Shown: positions 1 to 8,897, counted from the stretch's first letter. The stretch: 31,159 bases of DNA from an uncultured archaeon (GCA_964610875.1 CAZSWP010000024.1:1-31159), one strand, 5' to 3'. Numbers and translations are program-made. The notes: generated by a model from the letters alone, not told the origin.

Positions 1-71
1 ATCGCCCGGATTTGAACCGGGGATGACCAACTCCGGAGGCTGGTGCCTTATCCATGCTAGACTACGATCCC
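1..71 (-). tRNA. tRNA-Arg(CCG), 3' end truncated by window edge
   Basis: Minus strand reads GGGATCG-TA-GTCTAGCATGGATAAGGC-A-CCAGC-CT-CCG-GA-GTTGG-TCATC-CCCGG-TTCAAAT-CCGGG-CGAT. Acceptor, D, anticodon (CCG) and T arms all form; no intron. The last acceptor bases lie outside the window. Confidence 0.95.
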
Positions 72-107
72 ATCGTGTGCTACTGTAGCGTGCATTTTAG
101 CATTTTG

Positions 108-623
108 CTAGGATACTAAGAGTGAATAGCTAGTAATCCACCATGCACCCCGTTTCCCATCTATCTCGCTCTTTTCAAGTCTAAGAATCTCTTCTCCAAG
201 ATGCTCGTTGGCTTGCTCATTCATCTTTACTATTCGTGAGTGAACGGTTCTACGTTTCTTCGGACTACCTAGAATCTCTTCTCCTAATTCAGGTGTAGTA
301 GCACCTTTGTGTTGAATAAAATATGAAAGAATTCGTTCATCAATTTCATCACGACAGATATTCTCTTTTACGAACTCTTTGAGGTCACCTCGATAAACAC
401 TAGTTTCTTGAACGTTTTCCAAATATTCAACTCTCGCCCTCAGATTCTCTACTTGGTCAACTAGATCGAGTACCACAGGAGGTAGTTCTTGATCAAGTCG
501 CCAGTTTATTGCATCTTCTATGAATCGCTGACGTCCGTTTTCTCCAGCGAGTCTGTCAATCCGCACCAGGAGATCCTTACTCAATCGTAAGCGAATACTC
601 ACAATATCATCTTTCGAATGCAT
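108..623 (-). CDS. Putative transcription factor: N-terminal ribbon-helix-helix (CopG-like), coiled coil, C-terminal winged helix
   Basis: IVSIRLRLSKDLLVRIDRLAG..RQRFIEDAI is an RHH pattern. LVDQVENLRARVEYLE is a heptad. IDERILSYF..ATTPELGEEI..RRTVHSRIVKM..GAWWI is a wHTH pattern. Confidence 0.65.
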   Translation of the reverse strand: MHSKDDIVSIRLRLSKDLLVRIDRLAGENGRQRFIEDAINWRLDQELPPVVLDLVDQVENLRARVEYLENVQETSVYRGDLKEFVKENICRDEIDERILSYFIQHKGATTPELGEEILGSPKKRRTVHSRIVKMNEQANEHLGEEILRLEKSEIDGKRGAWWITSYSLLVS

Positions 624-651
624 GATTCATAGAATCATACTCGGTTATGAA
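622..651. promoter_or_regulatory. Palindromic candidate operator overlapping the start codon of the RHH-wHTH gene
   Basis: ATGATTC-ata-GAATCAT (622-638) is a perfect 7-bp inverted repeat. TCATA-N6-TATGA (635-650) overlaps it. Confidence 0.4.
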
Positions 652-695
652 AAGCATTACCATTATTATGCTGAATTGGTCATTTAGCGACACAG

Positions 696-702
696 TTATA
701 AA
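696..702 (+). promoter_or_regulatory. Candidate archaeal TATA box for ORF 749..1024
   Basis: TTATAAA about 47 nt upstream of ATG 749 in a divergent intergenic region. Confidence 0.35.
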
Positions 703-748
703 ATCAGGATATGGCTGCTCCAAGTATCAGCTAATGAAGTGATTCCCT

Positions 749-1024
749 ATGGTGAACAAAGGACGTAAACTAATTCGTGAACGAACACGTCTCATAAAAA
801 GACAGAACCCACAAGTAGTTGATTTCCGTGCAATGAGGAAAGCACGTTCCATTAGAACAGCATATTGGAAGCTCAAGAAGAAAGGAACTAGAAAAACAAC
901 GGAATCGGAAACAGCTGAAAAGAAGAAAAAGAAAGAGAAGAAAGAAAAAGAACCCGAGTTCGAAGTTATTGATGAAGAGCTTGAAGATATCTACTCTTTA
1001 GATGATGAAGACTTAGATGAATGA
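749..1024 (+). CDS. Small basic protein with acidic C-terminal tail; possible divergent ribosomal protein eL39-like
   Basis: Fills an intergenic gap with an ATG start. The N-terminal 45 aa are Arg/Lys-rich with NK...KRQNPQVVDF...R..T..YW, resembling eL39 spacing. The C-terminus is Lys-rich then Asp/Glu-rich. Confidence 0.55.
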   Translation: MVNKGRKLIRERTRLIKRQNPQVVDFRAMRKARSIRTAYWKLKKKGTRKTTESETAEKKKKKEKKEKEPEFEVIDEELEDIYSLDDEDLDE

Positions 1025-1074
1025 ATAACAGACTTAATCTTGTTAACTGATTTTTCGTCGTATCCAAGAAGTAT

Positions 1075-3522
1075 ATGTATCACCATATCATAGAATATAA
1101 TGTGATGGTGCCAAATTTGCGAAAGTCATACCTTATTGTAGCATTATTGATGCTACTATTAGTTTTACAACAACCCGTTAATCCAACCGTATCTCAAAAT
1201 ACGGATGTTGGATCTTCAGAGGATGTATCACTTGCTCAGACGGGAGCAAGAGTACTCGTTGATGAATCACACACAGACAGAGGAAGTGATATGTGGACAC
1301 CGGGCAATGCATCCCTCTTTGGTTGGTTATTGATGGAATCAGGATATGAGGTATCAAACAATTTCGATGAACCTCTTGATGGTGGAATACTCGACGAATA
1401 TGATATTCTTTGTCTATTCTTCCCACAGATTGCGCTTACTTCTAGCGAGATTCAGGCGGCACATGACTTCGTAGCGGATGGCGGAGGTCTGCTTCTTGTT
1501 GGTACAGATCATCGCCCATCAACGACCGATTATACAAATGAACACTTGAATGAAATAGCAGAAGAATATGGAATCACATTCAATAATGATGATATTCTCG
1601 GGCGTGCACTTCGTTCTGATGATGATCTTGCAGAACACCCGATTATGTATAGTGTGGACTCGTTCACTTCTTCAAATGAACTGCTTACAGGATGTTCTTT
1701 GACAATAGAAAGTCCAGCAGTATCAATTGGCACGATAAAGAATGATGATATGATAGCAGCTGTTGAAACAAGTGGAGGTAATGTTATTGCAGTAGGCACA
1801 CCAGCACCATTCTTCCAATATTATGTAGAGAGAGGATGGTTGGTAAACGATAACGACCATCTACAACTTTCACTGAACATTGTGGATTGGATTTCAGGTG
1901 TGTCTGAGAGGGACTTAGACCTTCCAGACAAAGCAATAATCAAAATTCGACAAGATTCTGAACTGACACCTGGACAAGTGCAACAATACACTGCATTTGG
2001 AGGAATAATTCATGATCATACAACCATGAGCGATGGCGCAGACTCTCCAGAACAAATGCTACTCTATGCACATCGAGCAGGCTATGAGTATTTTGTAATG
2101 ACTGACCACTCTTATAATATAGACGCAAACAATGGAGTTTACGGTGGTATTGCTACCAATCGGATTCAAGATAGATATGATATCGGAATTGAGATGTTTG
2201 TGGGAGCTGAACTTTCCTCGATACCACATACAGTCGGATTTCCGCTGACCGAGCAAGTGATTACAGATGATACTCAAGAAGCTGTTGATGGAATTCATGG
2301 CCAGGGAGGAATTGCAATCTTTGCCCATCCAACTATCTCAGGTGCTTACATTCCAGTCTGGGAAAACTTCCACATATACGGATATGACGCCTTTGAAGTT
2401 GTCAACAAGAAATACTTCCATGGACTCGGAGAGACTGCATTCACCACACCATTTGTTGGTGCTAGTGATGGACACTCGAAGTATTATGTTGGACAGACCT
2501 CAAATGTCATCTTTGTGGAAAATCCCTCAGGAGAAGATGGAAAAGTAGCAGTTGAGGATGTAGTTGATGCAATACTCAATAGAAGAATCGTTGTTCTAAG
2601 CCGAGAGAATCATCTGGTGTTTGGTGATGCTGTCTGGGTTGACAGATATTTGGAACTTCTTACTGAAGCTGAAACAGCAGTTGAAGCTGCTGAAGAAACA
2701 ATTGGCGCGGCCGAAACTGCAGGAGAGTCTGTTGAGCTATCTAAACTCTATCTTAGCTTTGCAAAACGAGCACTAGAATCGTGGATTCCCTCAAAAGCAA
2801 AAGCACTTGCTGATGCAGCGACATCAGAAACAATACTTGGTATAGATTTGACACTAGATGGTGATACTCTAGGAATTATAGAACCATCAAGCGACATAAC
2901 ATTCACTCTGACTTTGGAAAATAATCTTGATTCTCAATTGAGTATGAATTGTACACCATTCACCACATATTCAATGAATATTGACCAGACATCACAGATT
3001 CTTTCTGCGGCTGCAGGTGCAACAGAAACATACGACTTCACAGCAACTGTTGATGAATATGGTTATGTACATTCATACCTAAATATCAAAGATTACAATC
3101 CCGATTCAGGACTGTTATCTGTGCTGATGCCCATAGAAGGATTGATTTCTAATTCAACTTATGAAACAAAAATTACGAATGAAGGCACTTATGTCACCAT
3201 CAAATTGCTAAGAACTAGTAGTGATGTGAACCTAATAACTAAAACGTTCATCAGTTTTGATGATGGTAATGGGCTAAATAAAACACAAATGAAACGTTCC
3301 TTTAGCTTCTATTCAATAACTCTTGGACCTTATACATCATCAACGAACATATCATACTACATCTCAGTCGAAGATGTATATGGAAATGCGTTTTTGTTAG
3401 ATGAGAAATCGGTGGTCGTAGGTGGAGGTAATATCGACCTTTTCCTCGTTGTCGGAATTTTAGGAGCCATAGGTATTGTAGCACTTCTTGCAATCATTAT
3501 GGTGCTAAAGAAAAAGACCTGA
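1075..3522 (+). CDS. Secreted, C-terminally membrane-anchored protein: GIFT/GATase1-like (GldG/IFT52/DUF4350) domain, PHP metallophosphoesterase domain, Ig-like region
   Basis: Hydrophobic signal LIVALLMLLLVL. GIFT-like motifs VLVDESH and YDILCLFFPQ..SEIQAAHDFVADGGGLLLVG. PHP motifs HDHTTMSDG, TDH, GAELS..H, AHP and SDGH. C-terminal TM helix followed by KKK. True start may be ATG 1105. Confidence 0.8.
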   Translation: MYHHIIEYNVMVPNLRKSYLIVALLMLLLVLQQPVNPTVSQNTDVGSSEDVSLAQTGARVLVDESHTDRGSDMWTPGNASLFGWLLMESGYEVSNNFDEPLDGGILDEYDILCLFFPQIALTSSEIQAAHDFVADGGGLLLVGTDHRPSTTDYTNEHLNEIAEEYGITFNNDDILGRALRSDDDLAEHPIMYSVDSFTSSNELLTGCSLTIESPAVSIGTIKNDDMIAAVETSGGNVIAVGTPAPFFQYYVERGWLVNDNDHLQLSLNIVDWISGVSERDLDLPDKAIIKIRQDSELTPGQVQQYTAFGGIIHDHTTMSDGADSPEQMLLYAHRAGYEYFVMTDHSYNIDANNGVYGGIATNRIQDRYDIGIEMFVGAELSSIPHTVGFPLTEQVITDDTQEAVDGIHGQGGIAIFAHPTISGAYIPVWENFHIYGYDAFEVVNKKYFHGLGETAFTTPFVGASDGHSKYYVGQTSNVIFVENPSGEDGKVAVEDVVDAILNRRIVVLSRENHLVFGDAVWVDRYLELLTEAETAVEAAEETIGAAETAGESVELSKLYLSFAKRALESWIPSKAKALADAATSETILGIDLTLDGDTLGIIEPSSDITFTLTLENNLDSQLSMNCTPFTTYSMNIDQTSQILSAAAGATETYDFTATVDEYGYVHSYLNIKDYNPDSGLLSVLMPIEGLISNSTYETKITNEGTYVTIKLLRTSSDVNLITKTFISFDDGNGLNKTQMKRSFSFYSITLGPYTSSTNISYYISVEDVYGNAFLLDEKSVVVGGGNIDLFLVVGILGAIGIVALLAIIMVLKKKT

Positions 3523-3534
3523 AAGTGTCGGGAT

Positions 3535-3568
3535 GAGCTGGTAAAACATGCCAGCTCGCTCATTTTTT
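3535..3568 (+). terminator. Hairpin plus T-tract after the GIFT-PHP gene
   Basis: GAGCTGGTA-aaaca-TGCCAGCTC (9 bp including one G-U), followed by T6 at 3563-3568. Confidence 0.55.
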
Positions 3569-3626
3569 CCGATAGGAAACGCTAAAGGGCGTATAGCTAG
3601 CCATAGAAACGGAATTACACATATAG

Positions 3627-4478
3627 TTGGATGATGTAAAATTCCGTGAGCTGGCCAACATGACAACACTTCGTGATGTGATCCTTCATATTCATTCCTT
3701 GGCATCAAGAGATCTACAAGTATTTGGACACTCTGGCCGGATAGAAATTGGGCCAGACATTGAATCTGAACAGGAAAAAACAACCATCAAACGAATAACT
3801 GTGTCTTCTTACCCTTCTTCTCGTGCTGTGACTAAAGCAAGTCAGGACAAGTCTAATCTCTTACTTACTTCTCAACCTTTGTTCAGGGAACCAATCAAAA
3901 CAATTACCGCTAGCCACCTCACAAGAGTAAGACTATTGGTCAAGAATTATATTTCTACATATGTAATTGGCAGTGCGTGGGTAGCTGCAAGGGATGGGAT
4001 TGCTGACGCTCTTGTCAAAACACTTGATTTGAAACTTGACGGAGAATTTCATGTCCAAGGAGATTTCCAACGTCTTGTGCCTCTCGGAAGAGTCTGTAAG
4101 CCTCAGAACACAACAAACCATTCAGGTTTTGCAAACTATATAGTAGACAGGATGGAACTTGAATCCATTACATTCACTGGTAACTTAGATGCCGATGTAA
4201 AACAGGTACTAGTCTGCCCTGGTGAATATCTTAACATACAGCTAATGGAGAAAGCTCGAAGAGAAGGGTTGAAAACTGTAATCACAGGAGATGTGACTCC
4301 TGACACAAGGCACTATGTGCACAACATGGGGGTTTCACTCTATGAGATTGGATCCATCACCACAGACGAACCAGGTATGAAAAGATTACGCCATCATCTG
4401 AGTTCTGAGTTTCCTGAGATGCAAATTGACTTTGCGGAGAGTCAGTCTTTTACTCAATCGCTACGTCCCTATTCTTAG
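3627..4478 (+). CDS. NIF3/YbgI (DUF34) family protein with degenerate metal ligands
   Basis: Family layout is recognisable: IKRITVS, NLLLTSQPLF (canonical THHP), G.ADAL..L, LGRV, VKQVLVCPG, ITGDV, and EIGSITTDEPGM (canonical GHxxTE). Confidence 0.75.
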   Translation: MDDVKFRELANMTTLRDVILHIHSLASRDLQVFGHSGRIEIGPDIESEQEKTTIKRITVSSYPSSRAVTKASQDKSNLLLTSQPLFREPIKTITASHLTRVRLLVKNYISTYVIGSAWVAARDGIADALVKTLDLKLDGEFHVQGDFQRLVPLGRVCKPQNTTNHSGFANYIVDRMELESITFTGNLDADVKQVLVCPGEYLNIQLMEKARREGLKTVITGDVTPDTRHYVHNMGVSLYEIGSITTDEPGMKRLRHHLSSEFPEMQIDFAESQSFTQSLRPYS

Positions 4479-4490
4479 AATAGCCGACAA

Positions 4491-5378
4491 CTACTTTTTT
4501 GGATATCGGATTAGTATCACATTCCTATGGATTGGACAATTGACATGTTTAGCTACTGGTATGCATTTCGTTCTCATAATGTGTACAGTTGGGGAGAGAG
4601 GATCGAATTCCGTTAATGACTCAAAATTACCCATACCCTTGGCAATAATGAGTTCGCTGGATTCGAATAAATCAAGAAATTCTCTTGAGTTTCTTTCGTA
4701 GTTAACACCAATAGCAGGAGCTCCCGTAGATACCACTTCATCTGCATATTCGTGAAGACCAACTTCTTCTGCATCTTTAACCGTGGCATCGTTGAGAATA
4801 GGACCACCTTTAACCGCAGCAATGACTTTGAGACCCAAATGTTTCAATTCATCAATTAGAATCATATCTAGGACAACTTCACCTGCATTATCCATTAGAT
4901 AGATGACACTCTTAGACTTTTTACATAGTTCCATGAATTCATCTATCTGGTCGATGGCTAGCTCTTCTTCAACATTCGAAATAATGCCACGTAACTCATC
5001 TAAACTGAAGTCCCTGCCAGCCACGTCAAACTCAATTGAATTTGCAGCTGCAGTGATTAAGGTCGCTTTTCGAAAACGGGCACGTTCATCACCAGACTCA
5101 GCTACTATTTCCTGCAATTCAGGAAGAATACTCAATGCCATAGTGTTGGACATCTTCTTCAGTTCATCATATGGATCCTTACCAGTCATCTTCTGAACTA
5201 ACAAATCTCGATCTGTACCAATATGACTAGGGACTGATTCTTCGTTGAAACTATCTGCTAGCATTTTTAGTATGGCAGTCGTGACTTTCATCTGAAGTTC
5301 AGAATCATCTGTCGCAAGTCGTACTTGTTTGATAGCACGTTCTAGTAAGCAGTACGCACACTGGTTTGTAACCTTCAC
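4491..5378 (-). CDS. DUF89/ARMT1-like damage-control metal-dependent phosphatase
   Basis: N-terminal CxxC (CAYC), DPY..K..N, AANSIEF, DNAGE..LD, VKGGPILNDAT, KGMGNFESL and KC. Start set to GTG 5378 by family length; the ORF track extends to 5420. Confidence 0.9.
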   Translation of the reverse strand: MKVTNQCAYCLLERAIKQVRLATDDSELQMKVTTAILKMLADSFNEESVPSHIGTDRDLLVQKMTGKDPYDELKKMSNTMALSILPELQEIVAESGDERARFRKATLITAAANSIEFDVAGRDFSLDELRGIISNVEEELAIDQIDEFMELCKKSKSVIYLMDNAGEVVLDMILIDELKHLGLKVIAAVKGGPILNDATVKDAEEVGLHEYADEVVSTGAPAIGVNYERNSREFLDLFESSELIIAKGMGNFESLTEFDPLSPTVHIMRTKCIPVAKHVNCPIHRNVILIRYPKK

Positions 5379-5431
5379 TGTTATTCCCAACCTGTCGAAA
5401 TATGGCGTATTGAAAAACACTATGTTATGTG

Positions 5432-6178
<747 letters not shown>

Positions 6179-6194
6179 CTATTAAGCGCTTTTA

Positions 6195-6785
6195 CTAACG
6201 AGTTGCACCAATCAACAGTTTCAAGGCAGGTACTCTATTGTAACCCTTACGAGAGAGGGCTGTTATGGCCTTTCTCATCTCTATTTTGACGAATTTACCA
6301 GGTTCAGGGTTCTTGTAATATTTCAAATAGATATCAGAGAACTCATCGAAATTTGATGCACTCAGTAGTTCATCGACAACATCATTTCCAATTCTGATGA
6401 ATGCATCTTCATCTGGAACCGCCCCTGAAGAAATCTCAACATTCTCCATGGACTTCTTCAGGACAGCGAATCTCTCACCCATTGCCATGAATTCAAGAAG
6501 GAATTCATCTGGAGCCTCAATGTACTCTGCAAATTCAGGTTCAGTGAACAAGTATAACAATCGATTTTGAATTGTATCATGATAGGGCATTGTACTGGAC
6601 GGAATCTCTATATCTTCAACAGGAGATTCAGCTCCTCTAGGAGATTCTTGTTCTTCACTTTCAACAGGTTCAGATTCAGTTGCATCTTCAGAAGTAGACT
6701 TCTTTTCCTCAGTTTTTGTCTCTTCTACCTCTTCTTCATCTTCGTCTTTCTTACGGCCAAATATCCTTCGTATCATTATTCGCAA
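6195..6785 (-). CDS. Hypothetical protein: short amphipathic N-terminus, acidic linker, possible SCP2-like C-terminal domain
   Basis: MIRRIFGRKK, then about 50 acidic residues, then the beta-rich FLLEF..GERFAVLK...VEISSGAVPDEDAFIRIGNDVVDELL. Collinear with tpiA. Confidence 0.6.
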   Translation of the reverse strand: MRIMIRRIFGRKKDEDEEEVEETKTEEKKSTSEDATESEPVESEEQESPRGAESPVEDIEIPSSTMPYHDTIQNRLLYLFTEPEFAEYIEAPDEFLLEFMAMGERFAVLKKSMENVEISSGAVPDEDAFIRIGNDVVDELLSASNFDEFSDIYLKYYKNPEPGKFVKIEMRKAITALSRKGYNRVPALKLLIGATR

Positions 6786-6918
6786 CGCTCCATTCTACAC
6801 GAAATGATCAATCGTTAAAATTTTCGAGTTGACCAATTTGTACGGTTATGCGATTAAACACGTTATCGTATGTAGTTATACTCATTGAAAAAGATAGTTC
6901 GATTGTATTAAATCAATA

Positions 6919-7140
6919 CTATTTGACTTCCAAGTTAGATCGAAGTGCGGTCAGTTTCTCAATCTGCTCAATTAGAGGCATCCCTGCAGATTGTCGCTTC
7001 TCACCCCATAGTTCATCTACCAAGAGATCTCTGATAGCTATCCTAATGACCTCCGATCTGTTTGGATACATTCCTTGCTGAATCAGTTTATCGACGCCCT
7101 CAACATAGGATTCGGGCATGCATATTGTTACAACTCTCAT
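6919..7140 (-). CDS. Ribbon-helix-helix transcriptional regulator, CdrS-like
   Basis: MRVVTICMPESYVEGVDKLIQQGMYPNRSEVIRIAIRDLL carries the GxYPNRSExIRxAIRDLL signature of archaeal CopG/Arc/MetJ proteins. SD-like GGTG lies upstream. Confidence 0.88.
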   Translation of the reverse strand: MRVVTICMPESYVEGVDKLIQQGMYPNRSEVIRIAIRDLLVDELWGEKRQSAGMPLIEQIEKLTALRSNLEVK

Positions 7141-7415
7141 TGTACACCATGAAAAAGGATACAGATTTGAGTAATTAACTGGTGTCTGATTCTGGTGGGT
7201 ATCTACGTATTACTAGGTATGAGGGTTGGCAACATCTGCGAAAATTCTGGACAAAGCTGAACATTTTAGGTGGGGACTTGTATGTTTCAGGAAGGAACCA
7301 TTATCTAGGTCGACTGACACCACTGTGCGGACTCCACGGAGCGACATTCCAGTGCCGTTTCAAAACGGACAAGACTCCGGTGTCCAGATCTGTCCACCTT
7401 ACAATGAACGGTTGT

Positions 7416-8465
7416 TTATGGTCTTAGCACAAGTTTTCCGAATTGATTTCCAGCCTCAAGCATGAGATGAGCCTTCTTAGCCTCTGACAATGGGAATACC
7501 TTGTCAACAACTGGGCGAAGACGCTGTTTCCAAACAAGTTTCAAGACTGCATCAAGTTCAGACCTTGATGCCATTGTGCTACCTAGAATTTCAAGTTGTT
7601 TCCAGAAAAGCAGATTCACGTTTGTTTCAGCCTTCGGACCAGATGTTGCACCACATGTAACTAATCTGCCACCTTTACGAAGACTTCTAAGACTGCGTTC
7701 CCATGTAGCTGATCCCACTGAATCCAGTACAATGTCAACGCCGCGACGATTGGTTTTTTCCCACACTGTCTTATGATAATCGGGTTGAGAATTGTGATTT
7801 ATTAGCACATCCGCGCCTAATAGACGAGCTTTCTCTAATTTCATATCAGATGAACTTGTGACGAGAACTTTTGCACCTGCGACCTTTGCAATTTCCATTG
7901 CAGCTAATGCAACTCCACCTCCAATCCCGATAATTAAGACATCATCACCAGCTCTCAGTCTTCCTTTTGTCATAAGTAACCGCCATGCAGTCATGAACGT
8001 CAAAGGAACAGCAGCAGCTTCTACATAATCAAGCCCACTGGTATCAGGAATAGGGATTATATTCTCCTCTTGTATTGTGAATAATTCTGAGTATCCACCA
8101 CGTACGTGTTCCCCAACAATACCGTAAGAAGTACAGAGAGATTGTTCACCAGCTTTACAGAACTCACATTTTCCACAATATAGACTTGGATCAACAATGA
8201 CTCTTTGCCCTTTGCTGATATCAGATTCCACATTTTCGCCAATCTCTCGAACTTGACCAGAAATGTCGCTCCCAAGAATATGAGGCATTTCTAGATTCAA
8301 ACCGGGAATGCCATTTCTGACAAAGAGGTCTAAGTGATTAAGCGCTACTGCTTTAACCTCAATTAGCACCTCATTTGGTCGTACAACTGGATCTTCGATT
8401 TCATCATACTTTAACACTTCAGGACCACCGTGATTATGAAAGAGACTAGCCTTCATGTATATCAT
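7416..8465 (-). CDS. Medium-chain dehydrogenase/reductase (quinone oxidoreductase-like, structural Zn retained)
   Basis: GGPEVL, ALNHLDL, PHILGSD, CGKCEFCKAGEQSLC, AAAVPLTFMTAW, GIGGGVA and GKLVL. Confidence 0.92.
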   Translation of the reverse strand: MIYMKASLFHNHGGPEVLKYDEIEDPVVRPNEVLIEVKAVALNHLDLFVRNGIPGLNLEMPHILGSDISGQVREIGENVESDISKGQRVIVDPSLYCGKCEFCKAGEQSLCTSYGIVGEHVRGGYSELFTIQEENIIPIPDTSGLDYVEAAAVPLTFMTAWRLLMTKGRLRAGDDVLIIGIGGGVALAAMEIAKVAGAKVLVTSSSDMKLEKARLLGADVLINHNSQPDYHKTVWEKTNRRGVDIVLDSVGSATWERSLRSLRKGGRLVTCGATSGPKAETNVNLLFWKQLEILGSTMASRSELDAVLKLVWKQRLRPVVDKVFPLSEAKKAHLMLEAGNQFGKLVLRP

Positions 8466-8486
8466 CCTCTCAATAAACTAACAATA

Positions 8487-8511
8487 ACAGAGAAATCACA
8501 TAAATCTCTGT
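8487..8511. promoter_or_regulatory. Inverted repeat in the divergent MDR/parvulin promoter region
   Basis: ACAGAGA-N11-TCTCTGT. Confidence 0.3.
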
Positions 8512-8597
8512 ACATGGCAATATGATGTCTCATTTGCACAAATTTAACAAGGTGTGTATGAAGAAAATTATAGAATTTAGGCGTAAAGCCTCATTAG

Positions 8598-8897
8598 GTG
8601 AATAATATGGGTAAAGGCAAAGCCGGTAAAATTCGAGCAAGCCATATTCTTGTGGACAAACACAAAAAAGCATTGGAATTGATTGCACATATTAAAGAAG
8701 GTGCAGATTTTAGGAAAATCGCCCAGAGTAACAGCTCGTGTCCATCAAAGAAGAAAGGTGGAGACTTGGGATGGTTCTCTAAAGGACAAATGGTCCCTGA
8801 ATTCGAACGTGCTGCATTCTCTCTTAATGTCGGACAAATGACGAATGACCCTGTAAAAACAAAATTTGGTTATCATATAATCAAAAGAACAGGATAA
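8598..8897 (+). CDS. ppiC: Single-domain parvulin-type peptidyl-prolyl cis-trans isomerase
   Basis: ASHILV, SSCPS..KGGDLGWF, MVPEFERAAF and PVKTKFGYHII. True start is probably ATG 8607. Confidence 0.95.
   Translation: MNNMGKGKAGKIRASHILVDKHKKALELIAHIKEGADFRKIAQSNSSCPSKKKGGDLGWFSKGQMVPEFERAAFSLNVGQMTNDPVKTKFGYHIIKRTG

Noticed and set aside
1-623. Integrated element at tRNA-Arg
   Set aside because: No integrase or duplicated tRNA 3' fragment was seen. The tRNA 3' end points out of the window, so this cannot be assessed here.
870-1024. Purine-rich GAA/AAG tract as a simple repeat
   Set aside because: Explained by Lys/Glu/Asp codons of ORF 749..1024.
3520-3585. TGA stop followed by a hairpin, suggesting selenocysteine readthrough (would add U-K-C...)
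   Set aside because: The protein already ends naturally (TM plus KKK), the hairpin lacks the GA/GA quartet of a eukaryote/Asgard-type SECIS, and a T-tract follows, which fits a terminator better.
7141-7415. SRP RNA or RNase P RNA in the roughly 275-nt gap
   Set aside because: I could not find the SRP helix-8 motif or the RNase P GAGGAAAGUCC-type conserved regions on either strand.
7182-7465. Two plus-strand ORFs (81 and 79 aa) in the long gap
   Set aside because: Non-ATG starts, no motifs, mutual overlap and overlap with the MDR 3' end; probably spurious.
7416-8465. Loss of catalytic Zn ligands (NHLD, GSD) in the MDR enzyme
   Set aside because: This is normal for a known quinone-reductase-like MDR subfamily and is not evidence of a pseudoenzyme.
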